Shown here: positions 49,390-62,869 of the stretch, in pieces | Position numbering within the stretch: position 1 is the first letter of the stretch | How the letters are laid out: each line of letters starts with the position of its first letter | From: an uncultured Solirubrobacterales bacterium | GTDB taxonomy: Bacteria; Actinomycetota; Thermoleophilia; Solirubrobacterales; 70-9 | Assembly (NCBI GenBank): GCA_963812335.1 | Contig: CAWEUU010000007.1 | Coordinates: 19,682 to 83,681, forward strand | Direction of reading: 5' to 3' | DNA length: 64,000 bases | Made by a program: the position numbers and the translations under genes | Notes under the pieces: model-generated | What the model was told of the DNA's origin: nothing | The model's database searches: none | What the model saw: only the letters and a program-made list of their open reading frames with translations

Positions 49390-49785
49390 TCACCATACGT
49401 AGGCGACGACCTCGCCGCCCACACCCCTCTGCTTGGCCTCGTGCCCGGTCATCACGCCGACCGAGGTGCTGACGATCGCCGTGCCGGTGCCGCCGTCCAC
49501 GCGCGGCACTTCGGTGTGGTCGACGTAGCGCCGCCGGCCCGGTCGCGAGATCCGCTCCAGCCCGGCGATCACCGGTAGGCGGTCCTCGGTGTACTTGAGC
49601 CGGATCTCGAGCGCCTCGCCGACCTTTGCCGGCTTGCGCCGGAAGTCGGTGATGTAGCCCTGCTCCTTGAGGATCCGCGTCATCTCCTCCTTGAGCCGCG
49701 AGGCGGGGATCTGCACGTCGTCGTGGCCGGAGCCCAGCGCGTTGCGGATCCGGGTCAGGTAATCGGATATCGGGTCGTTCAGCAT
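49390..49785 (-). CDS. rpsH: 30S ribosomal protein S8
   Basis: 131 aa. MLNDPISDYLTRIRNA. Confidence 0.95.
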   Translation of the reverse strand: MLNDPISDYLTRIRNALGSGHDDVQIPASRLKEEMTRILKEQGYITDFRRKPAKVGEALEIRLKYTEDRLPVIAGLERISRPGRRRYVDHTEVPRVDGGTGTAIVSTSVGVMTGHEAKQRGVGGEVVAYVW

Positions 49786-49806
49786 CGGTTCGTCAGTCCT
49801 GTCTCG

Positions 49807-49992
49807 CTACCAGCTCGACTTGGTCATGCCGGGCACGTAGCCCTCGTGGGCGGCGTTGCGCAGGCAGATCCGGCAGAGGCCGAACTTGCGGTAGTAGCCC
49901 CGCGGGCGCCCACAGCGCCGGCAGCGGTTGTACTCGCGCGACTTGAACTTGGCCTTGCGGCCCTGCTTCACCTTCATCGAAGTCTTAGCCAT
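49807..49992 (-). CDS. rpsN: 30S ribosomal protein S14, type Z (zinc-binding)
   Basis: ATG at 49992. 61 aa with CRRCGRPRG...CRICLR. Confidence 0.93.
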   Translation of the reverse strand: MAKTSMKVKQGRKAKFKSREYNRCRRCGRPRGYYRKFGLCRICLRNAAHEGYVPGMTKSSW

Positions 49993-49993
49993 C

Positions 49994-50842
49994 TCAGCTC
50001 TCCTCCCCGGAGTTCTCGGAGTCGTCCTTTGTTTCGGCGTCTCCCGCGGGTGACCCGGACTCGGAGCTCTCCGACCCGGTGAGGTCGGATTCCTCCGCAG
50101 TCGCGTCGGGACCCGCGGCCGGCGGCTTCTCATAGGCCTCCGGGTTCTCCTCTTTCAACTGCTCCAGCGCGGCCTGCTCGGCCTCGGCCCGCTGGCGGGC
50201 CTCCTCCTTGCGCTGCTCCTCCTCGGCCTCGGCTTCCGCCTCGGCGGCGCCGCCCGGGCGGCCCTCTTTGGCGAACGGCATGCCGAGCGCGAGCAGCAGC
50301 TCGAAGGCCTCCTCATCGGTCTGGGCGGAGGTCGCGATCGTGACGTCGAGGCCGCGCACCTCGTCGATCGAGTCGTAGTCGATTTCGGGGAAGATCAGCT
50401 GCTCCTTGACCCCCATCGAGTAGTTGCCGCGACCGTCGAAGGAGCGCGGGTTGAGGCCGCGGAAGTCGCGGATGCGCGGTACCGCGATCGAGGTCAGGCG
50501 GTCGAGGAACTCCCACATCCGCGCCCGCCGCAAGGTGACAGATAGCCCGACCGGCATCCCCTCGCGCACCTTGAAGGAAGCGATCGACTTGCGCGCCCGG
50601 CGCACGTTCGGGTACTGGCCGGCGATCGTCGCCAGCTGCTCCTGCGCGGCCTCGAGCATTTTCGCGTTCTGCTTCGCCTCGCCGGTGCCCATGTTGAGCA
50701 CGATCTTCTGCAGGCGCGGTATCTGCATCGCGCTCGTGTAGCCGAATTTCCTGGTCAGCGCGGGCGCCACCTCCTGCTCGTAGCGCTCGCGCAGGCGCGG
50801 CGGCGGCGTGGCCTGGGACTGCGTGGTCGTCGCGGCCTCCAT
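49994..50842 (-). CDS. rplE: 50S ribosomal protein L5 with a ~100-aa acidic C-terminal extension
   Basis: 282 aa. L5 core up to ...[10 protein letters not shown], then an [14 protein letters not shown]...[26 protein letters not shown] tail. Confidence 0.9.
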   Translation of the reverse strand: MEAATTTQSQATPPPRLRERYEQEVAPALTRKFGYTSAMQIPRLQKIVLNMGTGEAKQNAKMLEAAQEQLATIAGQYPNVRRARKSIASFKVREGMPVGLSVTLRRARMWEFLDRLTSIAVPRIRDFRGLNPRSFDGRGNYSMGVKEQLIFPEIDYDSIDEVRGLDVTIATSAQTDEEAFELLLALGMPFAKEGRPGGAAEAEAEAEEEQRKEEARQRAEAEQAALEQLKEENPEAYEKPPAAGPDATAEESDLTGSESSESGSPAGDAETKDDSENSGEES

Positions 50843-51183
50843 CAGAGACTCACCCCGCTTCGCTTCGCGAACCGCTCGCGCTTGCCGCCTTTGCCGCGGC
50901 GCACGCCGATCCGGGTCGGCTTGTTGTCTTTGGGGTCGAGCACCATCACGTTTGAGACGTGGATCGGGCCCTCCTTGTCGACGATCCCGCCGAGCTGGCT
51001 GCCCGCTTTTTTCACGTCCTGGGTAGGCCGCGGTTTTTCATGCTTCTTGACCATGCTGAGGCCCTCGACGTAGACGAAGCCACGCTTTGGCTCGGTGCGC
51101 AGCACACGACCGGTCTTGCCGGCGTCCTTGCCGCCGATCACCTTGACCGTGTCGTCGGTCCTGATTCGCATCGACTTGGCCAC
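50842..51183 (-). CDS. rplX: 50S ribosomal protein L24
   Basis: 113 aa. KTGRVLRT...VEGL..VKKH KOW-type core. Confidence 0.93.
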   Translation of the reverse strand: MAKSMRIRTDDTVKVIGGKDAGKTGRVLRTEPKRGFVYVEGLSMVKKHEKPRPTQDVKKAGSQLGGIVDKEGPIHVSNVMVLDPKDNKPTRIGVRRGKGGKRERFAKRSGVSL

Positions 51184-51554
51184 TACAGAACCTCCGGCGC
51201 GAGCGAGACGATTTTCATGAAGTTGCGCTCGCGCAGCTCGCGGGCCACCGGCCCGAAGATGCGGGTGCCGCGCGGGTTGTTGCTCGCCGGGTCGATCAAC
51301 ACAGCGGCGTTCTCGTCGAAGGCGATGTAGGTGCCGTCGTTGCGGCCGAGCTGCTTGCGGGTGCGCACGACGACCGCCTGGACGACCTCGCCCTTGCGCA
51401 CGCCGCCCTGCGGGCTGGCCTGTTTGACCGTGGCCGTGATCACGTCGCCGACGCCGGCGTAGCGGCGGTGGGAGCCGCCTTTAACGCGAATGCAGAGCAG
51501 CTCGCGGGCGCCCGAGTTGTCGGCGACCTTCAGTCTGGACTCCTGCTGGATCAT
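51183..51554 (-). CDS. rplN: 50S ribosomal protein L14
   Basis: ATG at 51554. [24 protein letters not shown]. Confidence 0.95.
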   Translation of the reverse strand: MIQQESRLKVADNSGARELLCIRVKGGSHRRYAGVGDVITATVKQASPQGGVRKGEVVQAVVVRTRKQLGRNDGTYIAFDENAAVLIDPASNNPRGTRIFGPVARELRERNFMKIVSLAPEVL

Positions 51555-51558
51555 CGCT

Positions 51559-52146
51559 CTACTTCGCCTTCTCCAGAATCTCGACCAGGCGCCAGCGCTT
51601 GGTCTTCGACAGCGGACGGGTCTCGACCAAGCGCACGGTGTCGCCCTCGCCCGCCTCATTGCGCTCGTCGTGCGCGTGCAGCGTTCGCGAGCGGCGGATC
51701 ACCTTCTCGTAGGTGGGGTGGCGGCGGACGATGTCAACGCGGACGGTGATCGATTTCTGCCCCTTGTCGGAGACGACGATCCCCTGCCGCACCTTGGCCG
51801 CATTGGCGTCCTTCTCCGCAACCGGGGTCCCGGTGCCGGCAGTCTTCTTGGCCTTCTTGCCGGCCCGCTCTTTACGCCGTTCCCCCCCACGCCGCTTGCG
51901 CTCGGCGAGACCGAGCAGCCTTCCGCTCCTCAGGAGTCTGCTGCGCCTTGGCCTCATGCGGCCGGCGCGAACGCTCGAGCCTGCGCTTCTCCTTCCAAGG
52001 AAGGTCATCCGCAGGATCGGGCTCACTCTGCTCAGCCTTCGGCTCCTCGGGCGCCGGGGCATCCGCCTCTTCGGCCGGAGCCTCGCACTTTCTACTTTCA
52101 GCGCAGGCCTCAGACTCCTCTGACGCGGGTGGCGAGGAGGGGGCAT
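51559..52146 (-). CDS. rpsQ: 30S ribosomal protein S17 (core certain, 5' end unresolved)
   Basis: C-terminal ~85 aa is canonical S17 ([19 protein letters not shown]...[21 protein letters not shown]). The upstream part of the track ORF is Arg-rich and looks out of frame; see the findings. Confidence 0.75.
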   Translation of the reverse strand: MPPPRHPRQRSLRPALKVESARLRPKRRMPRRPRSRRLSRVSPILRMTFLGRRSAGSSVRAGRMRPRRSRLLRSGRLLGLAERKRRGGERRKERAGKKAKKTAGTGTPVAEKDANAAKVRQGIVVSDKGQKSITVRVDIVRRHPTYEKVIRRSRTLHAHDERNEAGEGDTVRLVETRPLSKTKRWRLVEILEKAK

Positions 52147-52327
52147 CCGGCGAGGCGGCGGCGTCCGTTCCTCGCCCCTCAGCTCAGCGTCCCCCCGCAG
52201 GCCCTCTGGCGAGGAACCCAGCCCCTCGCCGGATGCCCCCTCCTCGACAGGACCCGCGTCCTGAGGCGCCTCGTCCTTAGGAGCGTCCTGCTCGTCGTCT
52301 CGTCTTTTTTAGTCTCGTCCTCAGCCA

Positions 52328-52540
52328 TCATTTCCTCAGCTCTCGATCGACGTCGATCCCGCGCTGCTTGGCGATTGTCAGCAGCTTCGCTATGTCCCGC
52401 TTCGCCTCACCCAACCGGGCGGTGTTCTCCAGCTCGCCGGTCGCGTGCCGGAAGCGCAGGTTGAAGGACTCCTGCTTGGCATCGATCAATTTCGCCACCA
52501 GCTCGTCGTCCTTCATGTCGTGGACCGCGGCCGCCTTCAC
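52328..52540 (-). CDS. rpmC: 50S ribosomal protein L29
   Basis: GTG at 52540 overlaps the rplP stop (GTGA). ...[16 protein letters not shown]... Confidence 0.88.
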   Translation of the reverse strand: MKAAAVHDMKDDELVAKLIDAKQESFNLRFRHATGELENTARLGEAKRDIAKLLTIAKQRGIDVDRELRK

Positions 52541-52959
52541 TGGTGCTCGGCCCCCTCGCGCATGACGAACTTGGTCCTGATCGGAAGCTTGTGCCCCGCG
52601 AGGCGGAGCGCCTCGCGGGCGAGCTCCTCGGGCACGCCGGCGAGCTCGAACATCACTTTGCCCGGCTTGACCACGGCGACCCAACCCTCGGGGTTGCCCT
52701 TGCCCGAGCCCATCCGCGTCTCAGCGGGCTTCTTGGTGTAGGGCTTGTCGGGGAAGATGTTGATCCAGACCTTGCCGCCACGTTTGATCTTGCGGGTCAT
52801 CGCCACGCGGGCGGCCTCGATCTGGCGGTTGGTGATCCAACCGCGGTCAACCGCCTTCAGCCCGTACTCGCCGAAGGCGACATGGCTGCCGCCCTTGGTG
52901 TAGCCGCGCATGCGGCCGCGCATCTGTTTGCGGTGCTTGACCCGCTTTGGCATCAGCAT
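52537..52959 (-). CDS. rplP: 50S ribosomal protein L16
   Basis: ATG at 52959. [19 protein letters not shown]. Confidence 0.95.
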   Translation of the reverse strand: MLMPKRVKHRKQMRGRMRGYTKGGSHVAFGEYGLKAVDRGWITNRQIEAARVAMTRKIKRGGKVWINIFPDKPYTKKPAETRMGSGKGNPEGWVAVVKPGKVMFELAGVPEELAREALRLAGHKLPIRTKFVMREGAEHQ

Positions 52960-52961
52960 CG

Positions 52962-53687
52962 CTAGCGACCTCCCCCGCCGCGAGAGCGATCGCCGGGCCG
53001 GTTGCCGCGGCCACCGCCACCCTGCGGCTCGCCGTCGGCCGGAATCTGATCGGAGCGGAAGCCTTCGGGCATGACCTCGCCCTTGTTGATCCAGCATTTG
53101 ACGCCGATCCGGCCGGCCGTGGTGCGCGCCTCGTAGAAGCCGTAGTCGATGTTGGCGCGCAGGGTGTGCAGCGGCACGCGCCCGTCGGCGTAGCTTTCGG
53201 TGCGCGCCATCTCCGAGCCGCCGAGGCGGCCGGAGACCTGCAGCTTCACGCCCTTCGCGCCGGAGCGCATCGCCGAGGTCAGGGCGCGTTTCATCGCGCG
53301 CCGAAAGGCAACCCGGTTCTGCAGCTGCTCGGCGATCGACTGGGCGACCAATTTGGCGTCGAGCTCGGGCCGCTTGACCTCACGGATATTGACCTTGACC
53401 GGCTTTCCGGTCAGCTTGTGCAGCTCCTTGCGCAGCGCGTCGACTTCGCTGCCCGACTTTCCGATCACGATGCCGGGCCGGGCGGTGTGGATGTCGACCG
53501 AGATCTCGCCGCGGCGCTCGATCGTGATGCTGGAGAGGCCGGCGTGGGCGAGTTTGCCTTCGATGTGCGCGCGCAGCTTGAGGTCCTCCTCGAGCACGTC
53601 GGCGAAGCCCTTCTCGTCGAACCAGTTCGACTTCCAGTTCTGGATGTAGCCGACGCGAAAGCCGCCGGGATGGATCTTCTGTCCCAT
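52962..53687 (-). CDS. rpsC: 30S ribosomal protein S3
   Basis: 241 aa. [13 protein letters not shown]. Gly/Arg-rich C-terminal tail. Confidence 0.95.
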   Translation of the reverse strand: MGQKIHPGGFRVGYIQNWKSNWFDEKGFADVLEEDLKLRAHIEGKLAHAGLSSITIERRGEISVDIHTARPGIVIGKSGSEVDALRKELHKLTGKPVKVNIREVKRPELDAKLVAQSIAEQLQNRVAFRRAMKRALTSAMRSGAKGVKLQVSGRLGGSEMARTESYADGRVPLHTLRANIDYGFYEARTTAGRIGVKCWINKGEVMPEGFRSDQIPADGEPQGGGGRGNRPGDRSRGGGGR

Positions 53688-53692
53688 GTCCT

Positions 53693-54250
53693 CTAGATCT
53701 CCTCGTCGGGGCTCAGCGCCACGGCGATGTGGCTGGTTCGCTTGTTGATCGGGGTCGCCCGGCCCAGCGCCCGCGGCCGGTAGCGGCGCAGCGTCGGGCC
53801 TTCATCGACGGTGATCTCGGCGACGTGCATCTCGTCGGCGACCAGATCGTGGTTGTTCTCCGCATTGGCGGCGGCCGACTCGATCAGCTTGCCGATGTCC
53901 TGCGCCGCGCTGCGCGGCGAGAACTGCAACAGCGCCCGCGCCTTGTCGATCTGCAGGCCGCGGACCTGATCGGCGATCAGGCGGGCCTTGCGCGGCGCAA
54001 TTCGCACGTAGCGGGAGCTGGCGCGGACGACGAGCGGCGCCGGCTTGGGGGCTTTTTTGGCTTTCGGAGCGTCTTTTTTCGCGTTGGCAGCAGGTTTTTT
54101 CGCGCCCTCTTTTTTTGCCGGAGCTTTTTTCTCGCTGCTTTTTTTCGAGGCCGCTCTTTTTGCCGCCGATTTTTTGTCCTTTTTCGGCTCGTCTTTCCTG
54201 CCGGCCTCTTTTTTTGTGCTGGGGTCGCGTTGTTTCTTCTCGAGCGCCAT
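53693..54250 (-). CDS. rplV: 50S ribosomal protein L22 with a Lys-rich N-terminal extension
   Basis: ATG at 54250. ~60 aa of K/A/P-rich sequence, then the L22 core ([20 protein letters not shown]). Confidence 0.9.
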   Translation of the reverse strand: MALEKKQRDPSTKKEAGRKDEPKKDKKSAAKRAASKKSSEKKAPAKKEGAKKPAANAKKDAPKAKKAPKPAPLVVRASSRYVRIAPRKARLIADQVRGLQIDKARALLQFSPRSAAQDIGKLIESAAANAENNHDLVADEMHVAEITVDEGPTLRRYRPRALGRATPINKRTSHIAVALSPDEEI

Positions 54251-54252
54251 CG

Positions 54253-54525
54253 CTACTCGCCCTTCCCGGTGCCGGAGTGGGCGCGGAAGGTCCGCGTCGG
54301 CGCGAACTCGCCCAGCTTGTGGCCGACCATCGACTCGGAGATGAAGACGGGCACGTGCTTCTTGCCGTCGTGGACGGCGATCGTGTGGCCGACCATCTCG
54401 GGGAAGACGGTCGAGGTCCGCGACCAGGTTTTCACCATCTGCTTCTGGCCCGACTCGTTCATCGCGGAGATCCGCTTCATCAGCGCCTCTTCCACCCACG
54501 GGCCCTTTTTCGTCGATCTGCCCAT
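54253..54525 (-). CDS. rpsS: 30S ribosomal protein S19
   Basis: 90 aa. [17 protein letters not shown]. Confidence 0.95.
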   Translation of the reverse strand: MGRSTKKGPWVEEALMKRISAMNESGQKQMVKTWSRTSTVFPEMVGHTIAVHDGKKHVPVFISESMVGHKLGEFAPTRTFRAHSGTGKGE

Positions 54526-54529
54526 GGCT

Positions 54530-55372
54530 CTACCTCTTCTTCTTCCCGCGGCGACGGCCGCGCACGATGTAGCGGTCGGACTGCTTGCCCTTCTTGCGGG
54601 TGCGGTAGCCGAGCGTCGGCTTGCCCCACGGGGTCACCGGGTGCCCGCCGGGCGTGTGGTGGGCCTCGCCGCCGCCGTGCGGGTGATCGACCGGGTTCAT
54701 CGCCACGCCGCGCGTCTGCGGCCGCTTGCCCTTGTGCCGGTTGCGCCCGGCCTTGCCGACGGTCATGTTCTGGTGCTCGGCGTTGGAGAGCTGGCCGACC
54801 GTGGCGCGGCATTCGGCGCGCACCATCCGCATCTCCGAGGAGGGCAGGCGCAGTGTCACCATCTCGCCCTCCTTGGCGACGAGCTGGATCGCGGTGCCGG
54901 CGGCGCGGCCCATCTTGCCGCCCTGGCCCGCGGTCAACTCGACGTTGTGGACGATCGTGCCGGTCGGCATCTCGCCCAGGGCCAGCGCGTGGCCGGGTTT
55001 GATGTCGGCGCCCTTGCCCGACTGCACGGTGGCGCCGGGGGCCAGGCCCGCCGGAGCGAGGATGTAGCCCTTCTCCCCGTCGGCGTAGTGGATCAGGGCG
55101 ATGTAGCAGCTGCGGTTGGGGTCGTACTCGATGCTGGCGACCTTGGCCGGCACGCCGTCCTTGCGGCGCTTGAAGTCGATCTTGCGGTAGCGGCGCTTGG
55201 CGCCCCCGCCGCGATGGCGCGCGGTGACGCGGCCGTTGGCGTTGCGGCCGCCGGACTTGCGCAGCCCTTCGGTCAGCTTGCGGTCCGGCTCCGTGGCGGT
55301 CAGCTGCTCGCGCACCGGGTAGGTGGCGAAGCGGCGCCCGGGGCTGGTCGGTTTGGTCTTGCGGTTCGGCAT
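54530..55372 (-). CDS. rplB: 50S ribosomal protein L2
   Basis: 280 aa. [13 protein letters not shown]. Confidence 0.95.
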   Translation of the reverse strand: MPNRKTKPTSPGRRFATYPVREQLTATEPDRKLTEGLRKSGGRNANGRVTARHRGGGAKRRYRKIDFKRRKDGVPAKVASIEYDPNRSCYIALIHYADGEKGYILAPAGLAPGATVQSGKGADIKPGHALALGEMPTGTIVHNVELTAGQGGKMGRAAGTAIQLVAKEGEMVTLRLPSSEMRMVRAECRATVGQLSNAEHQNMTVGKAGRNRHKGKRPQTRGVAMNPVDHPHGGGEAHHTPGGHPVTPWGKPTLGYRTRKKGKQSDRYIVRGRRRGKKKR

Positions 55373-55383
55373 CTGGTCGTCTC

Positions 55384-55677
55384 CTACGCGGTCTCGGCGC
55401 CTTCGAACAGCTCTATCCGCTCGCCCGGGGCGAGCTGGACGACGGCCTTCTTCCAGCCGCGCGTCCGGCCTTTGCTGAGATTGCGGCGCTTCGGCTTCGG
55501 CCGCACCTGCGAGGTCCGCACCGCGGCCACGCCGACCCCGAAGATCTCTTCGACCGCCCTGGCGATCTGGGTCTTGTGGGCACGGTCGTTGACCCGGAAC
55601 GTGTACTTGCCTTCGCCGATCAGGGCGTAGCTCTTCTCCGAGACGACCGGGCGGACGATGATCTGGCGCGCGTCCAT
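55384..55677 (-). CDS. rplW: 50S ribosomal protein L23
   Basis: ATG at 55677 overlaps the rplD stop. [12 protein letters not shown]. Confidence 0.92.
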   Translation of the reverse strand: MDARQIIVRPVVSEKSYALIGEGKYTFRVNDRAHKTQIARAVEEIFGVGVAAVRTSQVRPKPKRRNLSKGRTRGWKKAVVQLAPGERIELFEGAETA

Positions 55678-56288
55678 CAGGAAAGCCTCGCCTTCAGGGT
55701 CTCCAGCGCCTTTTCGGAGAGGACCAGCGAGGCGGCCCCGATCACGTCGGCAACGGCGATCGCGCCGACCTCGACGACCGCGACCCGGTCGATGTTGCGA
55801 AAGCTCTTCAGCGCACCCGTCTCCTCGGCGTCGAGCACGAGCAGGGTGGGTCGCTTCGCACCCCATTTGGCGAGCGCCTGTGCGGCCGCCTTGGTCGAGG
55901 GCGTATCGAAGCCGGCGGGGTCGAGCACGGCGACGCTACCGCGCTCGGCGTGAACCGAGAGGGCCGCGCGCATCGCCTTGCGGCGTGCTTTGCGATTGAC
56001 CTTGACGGTGTAGTGGCGCGGCTTCGGGCCAAAGGTGACGCCGCCGCCGTAACGGCTGGAGACGCCGAGCGTGCCGGCGCGGGCGCGGCCGGTCCCCTTC
56101 TGGCGCCAGGCCTTGGCAGTGGTGAATGCGACCTCGCCGCGGGTCAGGGTCGAAGCGGTGCCGCGACGGCGGGAGTTGAGGTCCGCTCGCGCAGCCTCGT
56201 GCACCAGGGACTGGTGGAAGGGCTCGGCGAAGAGCTCTTTGGGCAGGTCGGCTTTGCCGCTCCCGCCGAGCACGGCTGCTTTAGCCAT
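55677..56288 (-). CDS. rplD: 50S ribosomal protein L4
   Basis: 203 aa. [12 protein letters not shown]. Confidence 0.95.
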   Translation of the reverse strand: MAKAAVLGGSGKADLPKELFAEPFHQSLVHEAARADLNSRRRGTASTLTRGEVAFTTAKAWRQKGTGRARAGTLGVSSRYGGGVTFGPKPRHYTVKVNRKARRKAMRAALSVHAERGSVAVLDPAGFDTPSTKAAAQALAKWGAKRPTLLVLDAEETGALKSFRNIDRVAVVEVGAIAVADVIGAASLVLSEKALETLKARLS

Positions 56289-56910
56289 CGGTCCTCACCT
56301 CGATCAGGGCGTTGCGCGAGCCCGGGACCGAGCCCCGCAGCAGCAGCAGGTTGCGCTCGGCGTCGACCTCGGCGATTTCGAGGCCGCGCTGGGTGGTGCG
56401 CTTGGCGCCCATCTGGCCGGGCATCTTCTGGCCTTTGAAGACGCGGCCGGGGAAGGTGCTGGCGCCGATCGCGCCCGGCGCGCGAACGTTGTGCGAGCCG
56501 TGCGAGACCGGGCCGCGGCCGAAGTTGTGGCGCTTGATCCCACCCTGGAAGCCCTTGCCGATCGAGATCCCGGAGACCTTGACCCGCTGGCCCGCCTCGA
56601 AGGCGCCGACGGTGACGTCGTCGCCGACCTTGGGCGCCTCCTCGGCGCCAAGATCCTCGTCGCGGAACTCGGCCAGGTGGCGCAGCGGCGGCGCGCCGGC
56701 CTTCTTCAGATGCCCGAGCTCGGCCTTGCTCAGCTTCGAGGGCTTGACCTCGTCGAAGGCGAGCTGCACGGCGGCGTAGCCGTCGCGCTCGGCCTCGCGC
56801 ACCGCGGTGACCTTGCAGGGGCCGGCCGCGATAACGGTGACCGGGACGACCTCGCCATCCTCGCGGAAGACCTGCGTCATGCCGAGCTTCTTGCCAAGGA
56901 TCGCCGCCAT
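56281..56910 (-). CDS. rplC: 50S ribosomal protein L3
   Basis: 209 aa. ILGKKLGMTQVF. Confidence 0.95.
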   Translation of the reverse strand: MAAILGKKLGMTQVFREDGEVVPVTVIAAGPCKVTAVREAERDGYAAVQLAFDEVKPSKLSKAELGHLKKAGAPPLRHLAEFRDEDLGAEEAPKVGDDVTVGAFEAGQRVKVSGISIGKGFQGGIKRHNFGRGPVSHGSHNVRAPGAIGASTFPGRVFKGQKMPGQMGAKRTTQRGLEIAEVDAERNLLLLRGSVPGSRNALIEVRTDG

Positions 56911-56917
56911 CGCTCCC

Positions 56918-57238
56918 TTAGAGGCGGATCTCGATGTCGACGCCGGCCGGAAGCGAGTCGAGCCGCTGCAGCGAGTCGACCGTTTTCGGCGACGGCTGCA
57001 GGATGTCGATCAGGCGCTTGTGGGTGCGGATCTCGAAGTGCTCGCGCGAGTCCTTGTCCTTGAACGGGGACTTGATCACGCAGTAGACGTTTTTCTCGGT
57101 GGGCAGCGGCACCGGGCCGGATACCGAGGCGCCCGTGCGCTCCGCGGTCTCGACGATCTCGCGGGCAGCCCGATCTATGGCGTCGTGGTCGTACGCCTTC
57201 AGTCGGATCCGGATTTTCTGTGCCGCGATGGTTGCCAC
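56918..57238 (-). CDS. rpsJ: 30S ribosomal protein S10
   Basis: [12 protein letters not shown] core. GTG at 57238 gives a normal length; the track ATG at 57277 would add 13 aa. Confidence 0.9.
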   Translation of the reverse strand: MATIAAQKIRIRLKAYDHDAIDRAAREIVETAERTGASVSGPVPLPTEKNVYCVIKSPFKDKDSREHFEIRTHKRLIDILQPSPKTVDSLQRLDSLPAGVDIEIRL

Positions 57239-57390
57239 GGTCTTTTCGCTCTCTTGTTCCTTCCCCGCCCGTCTCACCGCGCGGAAGGGGCGCCGCCCCT
57301 TGGTTATGGGGCGCCGCCCCGGTCGTATGTCCTTTTTGAGTTTTCTCGCCGCCTGGGCGGCAAGGACGGGCCTGAGCCCGCCCCCCGGTG

Positions 57391-58575
<1,185 letters not shown>

Positions 58576-58696
58576 CGCTCTCCGTTCTACCTTTCGAAGT
58601 CGGGTTCTGTCTGACTTGGGTGATTGGGTTTGCTTACTGCTGCCGGGCAGCCTGGAACCTGCTGCCTGCGGGCGAACCTGGGAAATATAGCCAGAT

Positions 58697-60808
<2,112 letters not shown>

Positions 60809-60904
60809 GTCTTTGAGTTGAGCTTTGCCTTGAAGTGGAGACGGACGAAATCTGAGAAACCTGGGTCTGCGCCTGCCGGCAAGAAGAGCCGCCGGGATCG
60901 GCGC

Positions 60905-61804
60905 ATGAAAAAGGCCCTCGCGGGCCCGGCGAAACGAACTGCGAAAAAGAAGCCTGAGCGACGGGCGATGATAGCAGCGGCGCGGCAACGCATACGCGCC
61001 GCACGCGCGGCGGCCGGCAGGCGCCTGCGCGGCGCCATCCCCGCCACCCGCAAGCTCGATCGCGCCGCCGACCGCCAGCTGCGCAGGGCCTGGCCGTTGC
61101 TCGCCCGCGGCGGCCGCGCGGCGAGATCCGCGGCGCGGCGGGCCGGCCGCCGCCTGCGCCCCGCCGGAGCCCTGCTCTTTCGCCTGCTCTCGGTGCTCGA
61201 ACGACGGCTGCTGCGGCTCGCCGCCGGATCGCGACGTGCGGCGACCCGGATCAGCGCCGTGCTCACCCCGCAGCGGGCGATCTGCCTGACGATCGCCGGG
61301 GCAGCCGTCTGTCTGGTCGTCGCCCAGTTCGTCGAGTACAGGGCGGTAGAGGTCGGGCAGCAGGGCTACGCCGGCCTGCCGGCGGCGGCCGAGGCGCCGA
61401 CGGTCGGGGGCGAGACGGCCGGACAGGCGAGCGCCTACCTGCTCGTTCCGGTCGGGCTGCTCGCCGGAGCGCTGGCGGCATGGGCGGCGATCGACAAGCG
61501 GCGACGGGGCCTCGGCCGGATCGTCTTTGCGCTCGGCCTGCTCAGCCTCGCCGTGGTCCTGATCGTCGACCTGCCGACGGGACTGGACGCCGGCGCCGAG
61601 GCGGCGCGCTTCTCCGGCGCCGAGGCCGTCCTCCATGACGGCTTCTACGCCCAGATCGCCGCCGCGGCCGGCCTGATGCTGGGCGGGTTGCTGCTTTCCA
61701 TGAAGGCGCTCAGGACTCGGAAACGGCATGGATTCAGACCGCGAAAACCAAGCATGGCAAGGACGCAGAGAGGTCGCCGCCGCGCACGCACTTCCGGTGC
61801 GTAG
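60905..61804 (+). CDS. hypothetical membrane protein with a basic N-terminus
   Basis: High third-position GC. About four hydrophobic helices ([67 protein letters not shown]). Start chosen at the ATG at 60905 within the track ORF starting at 60818. Confidence 0.55.
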   Translation: MKKALAGPAKRTAKKKPERRAMIAAARQRIRAARAAAGRRLRGAIPATRKLDRAADRQLRRAWPLLARGGRAARSAARRAGRRLRPAGALLFRLLSVLERRLLRLAAGSRRAATRISAVLTPQRAICLTIAGAAVCLVVAQFVEYRAVEVGQQGYAGLPAAAEAPTVGGETAGQASAYLLVPVGLLAGALAAWAAIDKRRRGLGRIVFALGLLSLAVVLIVDLPTGLDAGAEAARFSGAEAVLHDGFYAQIAAAAGLMLGGLLLSMKALRTRKRHGFRPRKPSMARTQRGRRRARTSGA

Positions 61805-61868
61805 GCAAGGCGACCGACCGAGGACGCAGCCAGGCGCAGGTTTGCAGCGGTCTGTACCATGCCGGGCC

Positions 61869-62264
61869 GTGCCGAACACGAACCAACTTATTCGCAAGGG
61901 TCGCAAGCGCCCTAAAAAGAAGACGACGACGCCGGGCCTCAAGTCAGGCCAAGGGCGCAAGAAGGGCGTCGCCGCGCCGCAACGGCGAGGAGTCTGCACC
62001 CGCGTCGCCACGGTGACGCCGAAGAAGCCGAACTCCGCCCTGCGCAAGATCGCGCGTGTGCGGCTCACCAACGGGATGGAGGTCACCACCTACATTCCGG
62101 GCGAGGGCCACAACCTGCAGGAGCACTCGGTCGTGCTCGTCCGCGGCGGCCGGGTCAAGGATCTGCCGGGCGTCCGCTACAAGGTCGTCCGCGGCACCCT
62201 GGACGCGGCCGGGGTCTCCGACCGCAAGCAGGCCCGCTCGCTCTACGGGGTCAAGGCCTCCTAG
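61869..62264 (+). CDS. rpsL: 30S ribosomal protein S12
   Basis: GTG at 61869. [11 protein letters not shown]...[11 protein letters not shown]...[12 protein letters not shown]. 131 aa. Confidence 0.93.
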   Translation: MPNTNQLIRKGRKRPKKKTTTPGLKSGQGRKKGVAAPQRRGVCTRVATVTPKKPNSALRKIARVRLTNGMEVTTYIPGEGHNLQEHSVVLVRGGRVKDLPGVRYKVVRGTLDAAGVSDRKQARSLYGVKAS

Positions 62265-62268
62265 TCAG

Positions 62269-62739
62269 ATGCCCCGCCGCTCCGCCGCAACCATCCGCCC
62301 GGTCGAACCGGATGCCCGCTTCCGCAACCGGCTCGTCCAGCAGTTGATCAACAAGGTGATGAGCGACGGCAAGAAGTCGATCGCCGAGCGGATCGTCTAC
62401 GACGCGCTGGCGATCGTCGGCGAGCGCTCCGGCGAAGATCCGGTCGAGACGCTCGAGGCCGCGATCAAACAGCTGACCCCGGTGCTCGAGGTCCGCTCGC
62501 GCCGGGTCGGCGGCGCCACCTACCAGGTGCCGGTCGAGGTCCCCGCCCGCCGCGCCCGCACGCTCGCCGTGCGCTGGCTGGTCGACTTCGCCCGCAACCG
62601 CCGCGAGTACTCGATGTCGGAGCGCCTCGCCAGCGAAATCCTCGACTCGACCCAGCAGCAGGGCAGCGCCTGGAAGCGCAAGGACGACATTTACCGCATG
62701 GCTCAGGCCAATAAGGCCTTCGCGCACTACAGGTGGTAG
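62269..62739 (+). CDS. rpsG: 30S ribosomal protein S7
   Basis: ATG at 62269. 156 aa, ending ...ANKAFAHYRW. Confidence 0.95.
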   Translation: MPRRSAATIRPVEPDARFRNRLVQQLINKVMSDGKKSIAERIVYDALAIVGERSGEDPVETLEAAIKQLTPVLEVRSRRVGGATYQVPVEVPARRARTLAVRWLVDFARNRREYSMSERLASEILDSTQQQGSAWKRKDDIYRMAQANKAFAHYRW

Positions 62740-62764
62740 ACGCCCTGGGGACGCGCCTGGCTGT

Positions 62765-62829
62765 GTCCTCGGTCGGGTGAATCGGGTCACGCACGGTAGT
62801 GCGCTCCCCTCATCCCCCTCCCTGCGTCC
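62765..62829 (+). repeat. intergenic repeat family 3, copy 2 (sense with rpsG), inside a 15-bp inverted-repeat frame
   Basis: Aligns with the reverse complement of 45749-45815. Enclosed by GTAGACGCCCTGGGG (62736-62750) and CCCCAGGGCGTCTAC (62843-62857). Confidence 0.65.
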
Positions 62830-62869
62830 TTGCCAGCCACGCCCCCAGGGCGTCTACTAGGGTCAGAAT

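Noticed and set aside
60809-62089. 426-codon N-terminal extension of the EF-G ORF.
   Set aside because: EF-G starts canonically at the ATG at 60808. The extension is antisense to the membrane-protein gene and rpsL.
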